A stretch of DNA of 64,000 bases from an uncultured bacterium. GTDB taxonomy: Bacteria; Desulfobacterota_D; UBA1144; Nemesobacterales; UBA2774. Under the pieces are notes generated by a model that did not search any database, was not told the DNA's origin, and worked only from the letters and a program-made list of their open reading frames with translations. How positions within the stretch are numbered: position 1 is the stretch's first letter; the number at the start of each line of letters is the position of its first letter. The stretch lies in assembly GCA_963705505.1 (NCBI GenBank), contig CAVPJU010000008.1, forward strand, positions 64,001 through 128,000. Reading direction: 5' to 3'. The translations under genes and the position numbers were made by a program. Shown one piece after another: positions 10,406 to 19,739 of this stretch.

Positions 10406-10491
10406 TGTCATTTCGAACCAGAGTGTGAGAAATCTATCTTTTGTGTTTCAATTTCTTAAAGACAGATTTCTCGTTTGCACTCGAAATGACA
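10406..10491. repeat. REP-like inverted doublet
   Basis: TGTCATTTCGA...GAGAAATCT / AGATTTCTC...TCGAAATGACA. Confidence 0.75.
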
Positions 10492-10533
10492 GCGTATGTT
10501 AGATTGATAAAACGGCAAGGCGAGAACGAAGCT

Positions 10534-10625
10534 CCCCTTCCTCCTCTGCACCAGCCAACACACGAATCCAACCCGTTCGTCCCGAGCAGGAGCCTGTCCT
10601 GAGTTTATCGAAGGATCGAAGGACG
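10534..10625. repeat. Dispersed repeat (inverted copy at 13322-13367) followed by nested CCTGAG..TCGAAGG-type palindromes
   Basis: 35-bp exact reverse-complement match to the 13.3-kb copy. Confidence 0.75.
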
Positions 10626-10740
10626 CACGCCGGCTCAATTTCAGGACGGGAGCGCGGACATCAGCACCAACCCTCCGATACCACATAACACCCCGATTAT
10701 GTATCATTTACGAAAGAACAATAAAAAAGGGAGGCCCCAC

Positions 10741-12054
10741 ATGTACGACGGCTCACCGCTTGAATTCTATATAAAGAAATTCTCCGACTACGACCCCATA
10801 ATCTCCGCGCACGTGATAGAGACAATGGACGTCGAGGAGAGCGCGGAGGTGTTCAAGAGCCTGCCCGTGAGCGTATCGAAGACAATTTTCGAGAACCTCC
10901 AGAACGAGTACGCGGCGAAGCTCCTGGGCCTGCTCCCCGACGAAATAGCCGGGGAGATCATCCGCAGCATAGAGCCGATTAAGGTCTCGCTCATTGTGAG
11001 CGTATGCCCCATGGCGCTTAAGGACAAGATCGCCCACAACCTCACGGAGAAGCAAAAGCGCGAGATAGGAGAGCTCCTCGAATACCCCAGGGACAGCGTG
11101 GGTTATATGATGAGCCCCATTTTCCTGGCGCTCCGGGAGGACCTCAGGATATCCGACGCCGTGAACAAGATTAAGCTCCTGGCGGGGCAGGATAATACAC
11201 CCCTCTCCTATGTTTACGTTGTGGACGCGGATTTCAAGCTCGCGGGAGTGCTCAGCATGAGGGACCTGCTCATCGGCGAGCCTCATAAGAAACTCTCGGA
11301 GGTGATGATTAAAAACGTCTTTTACTTAAACGCGTTCATGGGCCTGGAAGACGCGGCGAGCATAGTATCGAAGCAGAAGTTCTTCGCCGTGCCCGTCGTC
11401 GACAGTAACCAGAAGCTCGTCGGCATAGTGAACACGAGCCAGCTGCTGAGCGACATGCAGGAGGAATATTCGACCGACATACAGACGATATTCGGCGTCT
11501 CGAGCGACGAAAGGCCTTTTTCAAGCACGCTTTTTTCGCTCAAAAAGAGGCTCCCGTGGCTGAACATAAACCTCGCGACCGCCTTCCTCGCGGGAGGCGT
11601 GGTGGCGATATTCGAGAGCACCATAGCGAAATTGACGGTGCTTGCGGTCTTCCTGCCCATAGTCGCAAGCCAGGGAGGGAACGGGGGCGCCCAGTCCCTC
11701 GCCGTCGTGATGAGGGGGCTCGTGATGCGGGAGATATCGAAGAGCGACTTCCCGAAGCTCCTCTGGAAGGAGGTAAAGCTCGGGCTCATCAACGGGATAA
11801 TCACCGGTCTCATTACTGCGCTCATAGCATACCTATGGCAGGGGGACGTTATGCTCGGAGTGGTAGTTGGGCTTGCAATGATTATAAGCCTTCTGATCGC
11901 GGGCCTCTCGGGGGCCATGATACCGATAGGGCTCAAATCCCTGGGCTACGACCCGGCGCAGTCGTCCATGATCATTCTTACGACCGTGACGGATATAATC
12001 GGGTTTGCGGCATTTCTGGGATTAGCTACAATTCTATTCAGTTTGAGTAGATGA
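10741..12054 (+). CDS. mgtE: Magnesium transporter MgtE
   Basis: N-domain, CBS pair, KRLPWL, GGNGGAQS, DPAQSS...TTVTD; GGAGG RBS before ATG 10741. Confidence 0.93.
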   Translation: MYDGSPLEFYIKKFSDYDPIISAHVIETMDVEESAEVFKSLPVSVSKTIFENLQNEYAAKLLGLLPDEIAGEIIRSIEPIKVSLIVSVCPMALKDKIAHNLTEKQKREIGELLEYPRDSVGYMMSPIFLALREDLRISDAVNKIKLLAGQDNTPLSYVYVVDADFKLAGVLSMRDLLIGEPHKKLSEVMIKNVFYLNAFMGLEDAASIVSKQKFFAVPVVDSNQKLVGIVNTSQLLSDMQEEYSTDIQTIFGVSSDERPFSSTLFSLKKRLPWLNINLATAFLAGGVVAIFESTIAKLTVLAVFLPIVASQGGNGGAQSLAVVMRGLVMREISKSDFPKLLWKEVKLGLINGIITGLITALIAYLWQGDVMLGVVVGLAMIISLLIAGLSGAMIPIGLKSLGYDPAQSSMIILTTVTDIIGFAAFLGLATILFSLSR

Positions 12055-12069
12055 GTGGGACCATCCGGG

Positions 12070-12597
12070 ATGGCGAAGAAAAAAATAAAACTGCTCATAG
12101 GAAGAAAGGAAAAGGTCGATTTCCCGAAGTTGAAGCTCTTCGGGATAGACGCAAAGGTGGACACGGGGGCTTATACCTCGGCGATCCATTGCGACAGCAT
12201 AAGGGCGGTGAGAAAAGGCGGCGAGAGGTTCGTGAGATTCAGGCTGCTCGACCCCTCCCACCCCGCTTATGACGGGAAGGAGATCAGGAAGCCCCTCCTC
12301 GGAAGAAGGAAGATAAAGAACTCCTTCGGTCAGACCGAATTCAGGTACATCATAAAAACGCTGATCGAGATTTTCGACAGGAAGTTCGACATAGAGCTCT
12401 CGCTCTCGGACAGGTCCAAAATGGAGCACCCGATACTGCTAGGGAGGAAATTCATACAGGATAAATTTGTCGTGGACGTATCCAGGTTCGACCTTTCGAA
12501 GAGAAAAAAAGCTATCGCTATCAATGAAAACGGGAGACCGGCCGGCGGGAAATCCGGAAAGCGCACTGACGCAGGAAAACCGGAAGCCGAATCCTGA
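12070..12597 (+). CDS. RimK-associated retropepsin-like protease ('ATP-dependent zinc protease' family)
   Basis: IGRKE, AKVDTGAYTSAIH, DRSKMEHPILLGRKF. Confidence 0.85.
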   Translation: MAKKKIKLLIGRKEKVDFPKLKLFGIDAKVDTGAYTSAIHCDSIRAVRKGGERFVRFRLLDPSHPAYDGKEIRKPLLGRRKIKNSFGQTEFRYIIKTLIEIFDRKFDIELSLSDRSKMEHPILLGRKFIQDKFVVDVSRFDLSKRKKAIAINENGRPAGGKSGKRTDAGKPEAES

Positions 12598-12625
12598 AGA
12601 TTCGATCCGGCGAAGCTCTACCAAC

Positions 12626-12826
12626 CTAGCCCGTCACCTCGACCGCCTCATTCATGAGCGCTTCGGGGAACCTTGCGACCCTGCCGTCCACGAACTGCAC
12701 CCTGTAGGACTTCCCGTGGGCGAGATCGAACTCCTCCACTATCGTTCCCTTGAGCCCCTCCTCGAACCGCTCTTTCTTGCCCTCGATCGACCGCTTCAGT
12801 ACTACCTTCAACCCTTTTTTATACAT
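12626..12826 (-). CDS. Small hypothetical protein (66 aa, beta-rich)
   Basis: GAGGT RBS before ATG 12826; codon style like neighbours. Confidence 0.55.
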   Translation of the reverse strand: MYKKGLKVVLKRSIEGKKERFEEGLKGTIVEEFDLAHGKSYRVQFVDGRVARFPEALMNEAVEVTG

Positions 12827-12929
12827 CCCGCACCTCTGGTCCACGGAATAAAACGAATGAGAATATATACAAATCCGGGGCTCTTTTGCAAATTGGACGA
12901 AAAAAATCTAAACCGCGGCGCAAACGGTA

Positions 12930-13370
12930 GTAAGCCCTTCGACTATGCTCAGGATAAACTCCGCGCGGCAAACAAGCCTTTTCTTTAACTTTCCTCTCCC
13001 CACTGTGGGAGAGAACTATTTCGACGAAGAGGAGAAATAGGATGCCATTACCATAACAGCACTTAAGCTAATTGAGCTCTGCCTCATTGTTCCCTAATCC
13101 AAATTAAGGTGAGGGGGGTACCTCAACCTTTTTGTCATTCCCGCGAAAGCGGGAATCCACTTCTTTATTGTTTCCCCATTTTATAAAAACCTAAATCCCC
13201 CTTTAAAAAGGGGGAAAACAATTTTTTAAGCCTGTAATTCCCTCCTTTTATAAAGGAGGGTTAGGGTGGATTTTTTCTTACTATTCGTGTGTAGCTTTCG
13301 ACCCTTCGACAAGCTCAGGGTGAACGGGTTAAGATTCGTGTGTTGGCTGGTGCAGAGGAGGAAGGGGGAA
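12930..13370. repeat. Mosaic of several REP-like palindrome families
   Basis: CCCTTCGAC..GCTCAGG (twice), CTCTCCCCACTGTGGGAGAG, GTCATTCCCGCGAAAGCGGGAATCCA, CCCCCTTTAAAAAGGGGG, CCCTCCTTTTATAAAGGAGGG. Confidence 0.8.
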
Positions 13371-13474
13371 ATCGAATATGAGCACACATTGTGTGCCCCT
13401 GCCGTGCCCGCTTCTACTACTCCCTTACATTGAATCCCTAAAAGTTATATAATGTGATGACGGAGGTGACGCCG

Positions 13475-14182
13475 ATGGCAGAGTTCCTCGATAAGCTGAA
13501 AGTCAGGATTGACAAGGGCATCACGACAGTCAATGTCAAGTCTAAGGAAATAATAGAGAGGCAGAAGATCAGGCTCCATCTGTCGGAGCTCGAGGCCGAG
13601 AAAAAGCTCGTATTTCAGGAGCTGGGAAATCTGACGTACGGCTACTATCAGTCCTGCGGAGGAGAACCGGATTTCACGGGCGGGAAAAAGGTTTCACCCG
13701 CCGATGTGCCCCCGACGCTCGACAAGTGGGACGAGTCCGTTCTCGAAGTGCTGGGGGATATCTCGAAAGGCGCGCTCAAAAACATCCTGTTCGAGGATAC
13801 GGCCAAGCAGTTCAAGGTCACCGCGAAGACCCTCTACGAGGAAGTTGAAAAGCTCATTCCGGAATCTGAGAAAAAAGGCCAGAACCTCCAGTGGCTCGGC
13901 CGAGTGCTCGGGAAATTCGGGCTTGCGGCGAAGAAGGTTTCAAAGAGGATAGACGGCGAGCGCGAGACCGTATACGTGTTCGACAAAGAGAAAACACGCT
14001 CGATCCTCGAAAGCGCGGCTCTACGGGCGGGAAAAAGCGAGACTCCCGAAAAACCCGGGAAGGACGTTACCGGCGCTCCCGACATGAACGCTATACTCGC
14101 CGGGTGTAAAAAGCTGGCCGAGATAGATTCCAAGATTGACAAGCTTGAAAAACAGCTGAGGAAGATAGGTGAAAAGGATTAA
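13475..14182 (+). CDS. Hypothetical protein with coiled-coil ends and a central globular domain
   Basis: GGAGGTGA RBS; uninterrupted 235-aa ORF. Confidence 0.7.
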   Translation: MAEFLDKLKVRIDKGITTVNVKSKEIIERQKIRLHLSELEAEKKLVFQELGNLTYGYYQSCGGEPDFTGGKKVSPADVPPTLDKWDESVLEVLGDISKGALKNILFEDTAKQFKVTAKTLYEEVEKLIPESEKKGQNLQWLGRVLGKFGLAAKKVSKRIDGERETVYVFDKEKTRSILESAALRAGKSETPEKPGKDVTGAPDMNAILAGCKKLAEIDSKIDKLEKQLRKIGEKD

Positions 14183-14212
14183 GAAGTAAGCCTTTACATC
14201 GATGAAGCCGGA

Positions 14213-14542
14213 TCAGAGCGCTTTTCCGACGACCCTCTCGATCTCACCCTTGGGCACCGCGCCTATAATCTGCTCGACGGCCATCCCCCCCTTGAAAATT
14301 ATGATCGTGGGAATGCTTCTTATTCCGAACTTCATTGTCGTCTGCTGGTTTTCGTCAACGTTGAGCTTTCCAACCTTCAGCCTCCCCTGATAAGAAGAAG
14401 AAATCTCCTCGACTATGGGTGCGATCGCCCGGCAGGGTCCGCACCAGGGGGCCCAGAAATCAACCAGCACGGGTGTCTCGCTCTTGATCACTTCCGTGTC
14501 GAAGTTAGAGTCGCTTAATTCGATAATTCCGTTGGCGGCCAT
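14213..14542 (-). CDS. trxA: Thioredoxin
   Basis: FWAPWCGPC, IRSIPT. Confidence 0.97.
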   Translation of the reverse strand: MAANGIIELSDSNFDTEVIKSETPVLVDFWAPWCGPCRAIAPIVEEISSSYQGRLKVGKLNVDENQQTTMKFGIRSIPTIIIFKGGMAVEQIIGAVPKGEIERVVGKAL

Positions 14543-14625
14543 AAAAATCTCCTTTCGTATAAACTGAAAAGTATTATATCAGAAATCTTAACCGTGTCAC
14601 ATATTCACACGTTTCGCAGCCGGCG

Positions 14626-16182
14626 TTACCGGGATTCCACTTTGTACTCGTGGGTATTGTTTTTGGGCCCGAAGTCCTCGATCTGAACGCTGTTTTTCTC
14701 GAGGATAGTCCCCTTGGCGTACTCGAGCTCGGCAAGCGAGATGTTATAGCTCGTAATTGCCGTGATCTCCCTCACGCCCGCGTCTATGAGGTCCCTCTGT
14801 GCCTCGAGCACCTCGCGCGTCGTGCCGATGCCGACGTTTAACCTCTCCTGCTCGTTATTAACGACTTCCTTCGCAAGGTCTGTCGACACCTTAGCGGCAT
14901 CGATTGCCCGGAGGCTGTTCTGTATCTGTCTTATAGCGCTCCTGACGTCGAGGGCCACGTCCTCCTTCGTCTGGCTCAATACTATGACGCTCCTGTCGAG
15001 GTCCGCCGAAGCCTTTATATAATTACCCTTCGCCGTCCTGTTGAAGATCGGGTAGCTGAAGATGCCGAGCACCTGCCACGTAGTGAAATCGCCTCCCCAG
15101 ATCTGCCTGAAAGCGTCGCTCGGGCTGTTGAACTCGGGCGGTATAGGTTCGGGTTGATCACCAAAGCTCAGGCGGTCGGGGTTCTCGTCACCTCCGAGGC
15201 CCTGTAGCTGTATGCTCCCCTCGACGGCGAGACTCGGGAGCCTCTGGTTGGAATAGTATTTCTTCAGCGTCTTCTTGTTTTCTATATCGAGCTCGACCTG
15301 GTCTATTTCCGGGCGTTCCTCGTAAGCCACCTTAAGCGACTCGTCCTCGCTGAAATGGTAGACCTCCGTCGTAGGCTCATCGACTGCCGCGATCTTCTGG
15401 GCAAGGTCCATCGCCAGAAGGTTTTTCAGGTTATCCTGCGCGGCCTGAAGGACGTTCTCAGCCGTTATAACGTCGACTTCCCTCGCCGCTACCTCCGACT
15501 CCGCCTGCGTAACGGAGACAGGGGGTAGGACTCCGACATCGACCTGTATCTGGTTACGGTTCTTGAGGTCGATCGCGAGATCGAGCGCCGTCCTTTCGAG
15601 CTCCAGGTTCTTCTTCGCAGCCACAACGAGCCAGTAGCGCCTTTCCACCTCGAGGAGGACTTTGGAAACCTCTTTCTCAAGCTCCTTCTCCGAAATCTGG
15701 CTTGTCCTCTTGGCCGTGATAATGAAAGCCCTGTTCACGTCGAGCCCGAAGTTCTTCAAGAGCTCCTGCCCTATGCTGAAATTAACGTTGTTGAACCAGT
15801 TGGGGCTCAGGTCTTCGAGCGGGTTGTTTGTTTTCGTCCAGGTCGTAGAGAAATTAAGGAGGTTGTAAAATGTTCCGGTGGGGAGAGAACCCTGGACATT
15901 GGCTTCAGCGTTGAACTCCTTCTGTATGACCGTTCCGCTCGGGATGAATGTGCTCAGCTCCGGGGTTTGCCCGTCGTTAAAGAACGACACGAGGTTGATC
16001 AACGGGTCGAACACGCCTTCCTGCGTTTTGATCTCTCCCACAGAGACTTCGACATTCTTCTCCTGTATCTGAATGTCCCTGTTATTCTCGAGCGCGATCT
16101 TCACCGCGTCCCTGAGAGTGAGGTCGAGCACACCGCCCGTTCCTGTCATCGAGATCAAAATCAATAAAAGCGTCTTGGTCAT
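14626..16182 (-). CDS. TolC-family outer membrane efflux protein
   Basis: Signal peptide, LTLRDAVKIALENN, duplicated OEP helical repeats. Confidence 0.88.
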   Translation of the reverse strand: MTKTLLLILISMTGTGGVLDLTLRDAVKIALENNRDIQIQEKNVEVSVGEIKTQEGVFDPLINLVSFFNDGQTPELSTFIPSGTVIQKEFNAEANVQGSLPTGTFYNLLNFSTTWTKTNNPLEDLSPNWFNNVNFSIGQELLKNFGLDVNRAFIITAKRTSQISEKELEKEVSKVLLEVERRYWLVVAAKKNLELERTALDLAIDLKNRNQIQVDVGVLPPVSVTQAESEVAAREVDVITAENVLQAAQDNLKNLLAMDLAQKIAAVDEPTTEVYHFSEDESLKVAYEERPEIDQVELDIENKKTLKKYYSNQRLPSLAVEGSIQLQGLGGDENPDRLSFGDQPEPIPPEFNSPSDAFRQIWGGDFTTWQVLGIFSYPIFNRTAKGNYIKASADLDRSVIVLSQTKEDVALDVRSAIRQIQNSLRAIDAAKVSTDLAKEVVNNEQERLNVGIGTTREVLEAQRDLIDAGVREITAITSYNISLAELEYAKGTILEKNSVQIEDFGPKNNTHEYKVESR

Positions 16183-16301
16183 CTTTACCTCCTGTACAGG
16201 TAACTCTACCGGGGGTATTCATTTATCAATCCGGGCAACTATATATAATTGATCAAATAGGGTTTTTCAATCGGTCACTTTGCTCGTTTCGCCGGGTATT
16301 C

Positions 16302-16346
16302 TTGACACCCCGAACCATGACTGGTAATTTGTAAGTAATTACTTAC
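16302..16346 (+). promoter_or_regulatory. Sigma70 promoter (TTGACA-17-TAATTT) with adjacent 16-bp palindrome GTAAGTAATTACTTAC (likely TetR operator)
   Basis: Perfect palindrome 16331-16346 immediately after the -10 box, between divergent tolC and tetR. Confidence 0.7.
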
Positions 16347-16371
16347 TTACAGCCTACAGGGATAAATCAAA

Positions 16372-17010
16372 ATGTCAACAGATAAGGCGCTTGAGAAAAC
16401 CGGATTAGCGGCCAGAGAGAAAGTAAACACCAGGGATAAAATACTCGAGGCTGCGATAAAACTTTTCTCGGAAAAAGGGTTCAACGGCACGACCACGAAA
16501 GAAGTCGCGGAGCTGGCCGAGGTGAACGAAGCCCTTATTTTCAGACACTTTTCCACGAAAAGGGAGCTCTACGGCGCTATAATCGAACGCAAGATACACG
16601 AGGAGCCGGGAATAGAGTTTTCGCTCGAAACCCACAGGGACTCCAAGGACGACCGCCTGGTATTTACGGCGATCGCTTCACGCATGTTCGAAAAATGCGG
16701 CAACGACCCTTCGTTCATGAGGCTGCTGCACTTCAGCGCGCTCGAGGGACACGACCTCTCCGACATGTTTTTCGATACCTACGTCGAGTACATCAACATG
16801 CTCCTCTCCGATTATATCGAGAGCAGGATATCGGACGGGGCTTTCAAGAACCTGAGCCCCTTTTATGCCTCAAAAGCATTTATCGGGATGGTAGTCAACC
16901 AGATAATCGTGCAGGAGCTGTTCGGGGAAAAGAAGAAAAATAAAGTTGACCTCGATCAAATGATCGGCACTTTCGTCGAAATTTTTCTCGAAGGCATAAA
17001 ATCTAAGTAA
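16372..17010 (+). CDS. TetR/AcrR family regulator
   Basis: ILEAAIKLFSEKGFNGTTTKEVAELAEVNEALIFRHF HTH. Confidence 0.95.
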   Translation: MSTDKALEKTGLAAREKVNTRDKILEAAIKLFSEKGFNGTTTKEVAELAEVNEALIFRHFSTKRELYGAIIERKIHEEPGIEFSLETHRDSKDDRLVFTAIASRMFEKCGNDPSFMRLLHFSALEGHDLSDMFFDTYVEYINMLLSDYIESRISDGAFKNLSPFYASKAFIGMVVNQIIVQELFGEKKKNKVDLDQMIGTFVEIFLEGIKSK

Positions 17011-17019
17011 AACTTAAAG

Positions 17020-17048
17020 CGCCCGTTTAATAAAGCAAAAACGGGCGT
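17020..17048. terminator. Hairpin after tetR
   Basis: CGCCCGTTT...AAACGGGCG inverted repeat. Confidence 0.45.
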
Positions 17049-17115
17049 ACACCTGAATTCTCCAAGATAAGAATACAAATCCGATTCCGGCAAACATCCG
17101 TAAGTAATAGGCGAT

Positions 17116-17991
17116 ATGAAAGCTACCGTCACTGACTGGATTCCTGTGCTATTCCTTCCTGCGCTGGCGATATTAATCGCGCGGCCCGCTTTGCCGAGCT
17201 GGGGTTTTCTTTTCGCGATCGCTTTCTCGATTTTCTACGGCTTCAAGTGGCTCACATACAGGAGGGCTCTGGCTAAAGGGGTAAGACCCGGATTTAAAAG
17301 GTCGCTCGGATATATATTCTGCTGGGTCGGTATGGACGCGGGAGCGTTCTTCGACAGGACGGTTAAAGTCCCGCGACCGTCGAGTGCCGAATGGATATTA
17401 GCTCTCTTCAAGACCGCTCTCGGCCTCTCCCTCTTCTTTCTTATCGCGCGCCTTTTTTATCCGTCACACACTCTCCTTGCGGGCTATATAGGACTAACGG
17501 GCTTCCTTCTGTTCACATTCTTCGGCTCCTTCCACGTCCTCTCACTCATCTGGAGGCGGCGCGGAGTGAACGCAGTGCCCATAATGAAATCACCCCTCGT
17601 CCCCTCGTCGCTTTCCGATTTCTGGAGCAGCAGGTGGAACCTTGCGTTCCGCGATATCGACCGCACGTTCGTATTCAGGCCCGTCCTCAGGAGTAAAGGC
17701 ATCGTCTGCGCTGTAATTGCGGCTTTCGTATTTTCGGGGATCCTCCACGACCTCCTCATCTCCCTACCCGCAGACGCCTGGTACGGCCTCCCCACCCTCT
17801 TTTTCCTGATTCAGGCCGGGGGAGTGTTCATCGAAAAATCGGAATTCGGAGTAAGCGCGGGTCTCAACCGGGGATTCAAAGGATGGCTCTACGCGGCTTT
17901 CTTTATTCTCGTACCGCTCGTCCTCCTCTTCCACCCGCCATCGATAGAGAATTCGATGGTCCCGTTCATGAAGACGCTCCGCGCGCTGTAA
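17116..17991 (+). CDS. Membrane-bound O-acyltransferase (MBOAT_2 / wax synthase-like)
   Basis: SLSDFWSSRWN and FVFSGILHD motifs, multiple TM helices. Confidence 0.8.
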   Translation: MKATVTDWIPVLFLPALAILIARPALPSWGFLFAIAFSIFYGFKWLTYRRALAKGVRPGFKRSLGYIFCWVGMDAGAFFDRTVKVPRPSSAEWILALFKTALGLSLFFLIARLFYPSHTLLAGYIGLTGFLLFTFFGSFHVLSLIWRRRGVNAVPIMKSPLVPSSLSDFWSSRWNLAFRDIDRTFVFRPVLRSKGIVCAVIAAFVFSGILHDLLISLPADAWYGLPTLFFLIQAGGVFIEKSEFGVSAGLNRGFKGWLYAAFFILVPLVLLFHPPSIENSMVPFMKTLRAL

Positions 17992-18054
17992 AGACCGAAT
18001 GGACTTCACCCTCCGCCGTCGTTAAACTGAACTCGGTTATACGGTTTACGAATC

Positions 18055-18663
18055 ATGCTCTTCTCCGCAAAGAATAAACTCGCGCTGTCCCTCATACTGA
18101 CGCTTGTATTCGCATCCGTTTCACTCTTTCTTAAACATTTATTCGGCCTCGAATGGAATTTATATATCGGTGAAGGGACCCTCATGCAATTCATTCTCGG
18201 TCTCGGCTCCATACTCGCCTCGGATCTCGTTATCAGCTTCGCGCTCGTCCTCTTGTTCCGTACAGCCTATGTCCGTCTCTGGATGGAAATGGCCGGATAT
18301 TTCAGCCCTCAGCGGTGGTACGTCATATTAGCAGGAGGCATGCTCGCCGGCAGCGAGGAGATTTTTTTCCGCGGGGTCTTAATTCAGTACATGATTCATG
18401 TGCTGGACTTCGAGACCGTCTACGCGGTCATATTATCAGCGGCAGTATTCGGCTTATTCCATATCATAAGGAAAAAACGCCTCGCGCTTTTTTCGCTCTG
18501 GGCGTTCTGGGAAGGTATAGTCCTCGGGGCGATCTATATTTATACGGACTCGCTTCCGGTCGTCGCGGCCGTACACGCGGCTCACGACGTGCTGGGTTTC
18601 ACACTCTTCTCCCTCCAGCGGAGGCGGGGGTTCCTGCCCCTGAAAAAGAAACCGGGGTTTTGA
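18055..18663 (+). CDS. CPBP (CAAX/Abi) intramembrane metalloprotease
   Basis: EEIFFRG, FGLFH, HAAHD motifs. Confidence 0.85.
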   Translation: MLFSAKNKLALSLILTLVFASVSLFLKHLFGLEWNLYIGEGTLMQFILGLGSILASDLVISFALVLLFRTAYVRLWMEMAGYFSPQRWYVILAGGMLAGSEEIFFRGVLIQYMIHVLDFETVYAVILSAAVFGLFHIIRKKRLALFSLWAFWEGIVLGAIYIYTDSLPVVAAVHAAHDVLGFTLFSLQRRRGFLPLKKKPGF

Positions 18664-18726
18664 GAAGCCGTGTACATGGTAAAATGTATCGCCTTGGAAT
18701 AACGAATCGAAGCCGTGGAGTATTAA

Positions 18727-19728
18727 ATGAACTATGAATCGGAATTAAAAGCGGCAGTCGAGGCCGTACACAAGGCTTCAAAGCTGTGCATAAGAGTGCA
18801 GTCCTCACTCGTATCCGAAGAGACTGTAAGAAAGAAGGACGATTCCCCCGTCACCGTCGCCGACTTCGGCGCGCAGGCAGTGATATGTCACGAGCTCATG
18901 AAAGCCTTCCCCGATATTCCGATCGTAGCTGAAGAGGACTCATCGGAATTGAGGGCGGAAGGGGGAAACGCACTCGCCGCCCGCGTGCTCGAATACGCGT
19001 CCGAGGTATTCCCCGGGATGGACGAAGCGAGCCTCATCGCGGCTATAGACTCAGGGGACTACGGCGGAGGGGAGAGCGGCAGGTTCTGGACACTCGACCC
19101 CATAGACGGGACTAAGGGTTTTTTAAGGGGGGAGCAGTATGCCGTAGCTCTTGCGCTCATCGAAGACGGGCAGGTCGTGATAGGCGTCCTCGGGTGCCCC
19201 AACCTGCCCCTTGATCTCAAAAACCCTGAATCGCAAACGGGCTGCATCCTGACGGCTGTGAGAGGGGAAGGCTCATCCATGCGCCCGCTCGAGCACAATA
19301 CGCCCAAACACATAGCGGTCTCCGATATCGATGATCCGAAACACGCGCCATTCTGCGAGTCGGTCGAATCGTCCCACTCCTCGCACGGCGATTCGGCGCG
19401 CATAGCGGAGCTTCTGGGCGTAAAGGCGCCGCCGATAAGGATAGACAGCCAGTGCAAATACGCGGTGCTCGCAAGGGGCGACGCTTCGATATACCTGAGG
19501 CTCCCGACGAAAAAAGATTACGTCGAGAAGATATGGGACCATGCGGCAGGCTCGATAATAGTCGAGGAAGCGGGCGGCATTGTTACGGATGTGAACGGTA
19601 AAACTCTCGATTTCTCCCTGGGCAGGACTCTTTCCGGCAATAAAGGGATAGTCGGGACGAACGGCCTCATTCATGAGAAGGTGCTCGCCGCGGTCGCGGA
19701 AGTCCTCGACTCCGATCAGGCAAGCTGA
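18727..19728 (+). CDS. 3'(2'),5'-bisphosphate nucleotidase, HAL2/SAL1 type
   Basis: KKDDSPVTVADF, WTLDPIDGTKGFLRGEQYA, DSQCKY, EKIWDHAAG. Confidence 0.9.
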   Translation: MNYESELKAAVEAVHKASKLCIRVQSSLVSEETVRKKDDSPVTVADFGAQAVICHELMKAFPDIPIVAEEDSSELRAEGGNALAARVLEYASEVFPGMDEASLIAAIDSGDYGGGESGRFWTLDPIDGTKGFLRGEQYAVALALIEDGQVVIGVLGCPNLPLDLKNPESQTGCILTAVRGEGSSMRPLEHNTPKHIAVSDIDDPKHAPFCESVESSHSSHGDSARIAELLGVKAPPIRIDSQCKYAVLARGDASIYLRLPTKKDYVEKIWDHAAGSIIVEEAGGIVTDVNGKTLDFSLGRTLSGNKGIVGTNGLIHEKVLAAVAEVLDSDQAS

Positions 19729-19739
19729 CGGAATAAAAT

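Noticed and set aside
12467..12988. 173-aa plus-strand ORF ending PFDYAQDKLR
   Set aside because: Antisense to a small gene and its tail is translated palindromic repeat DNA
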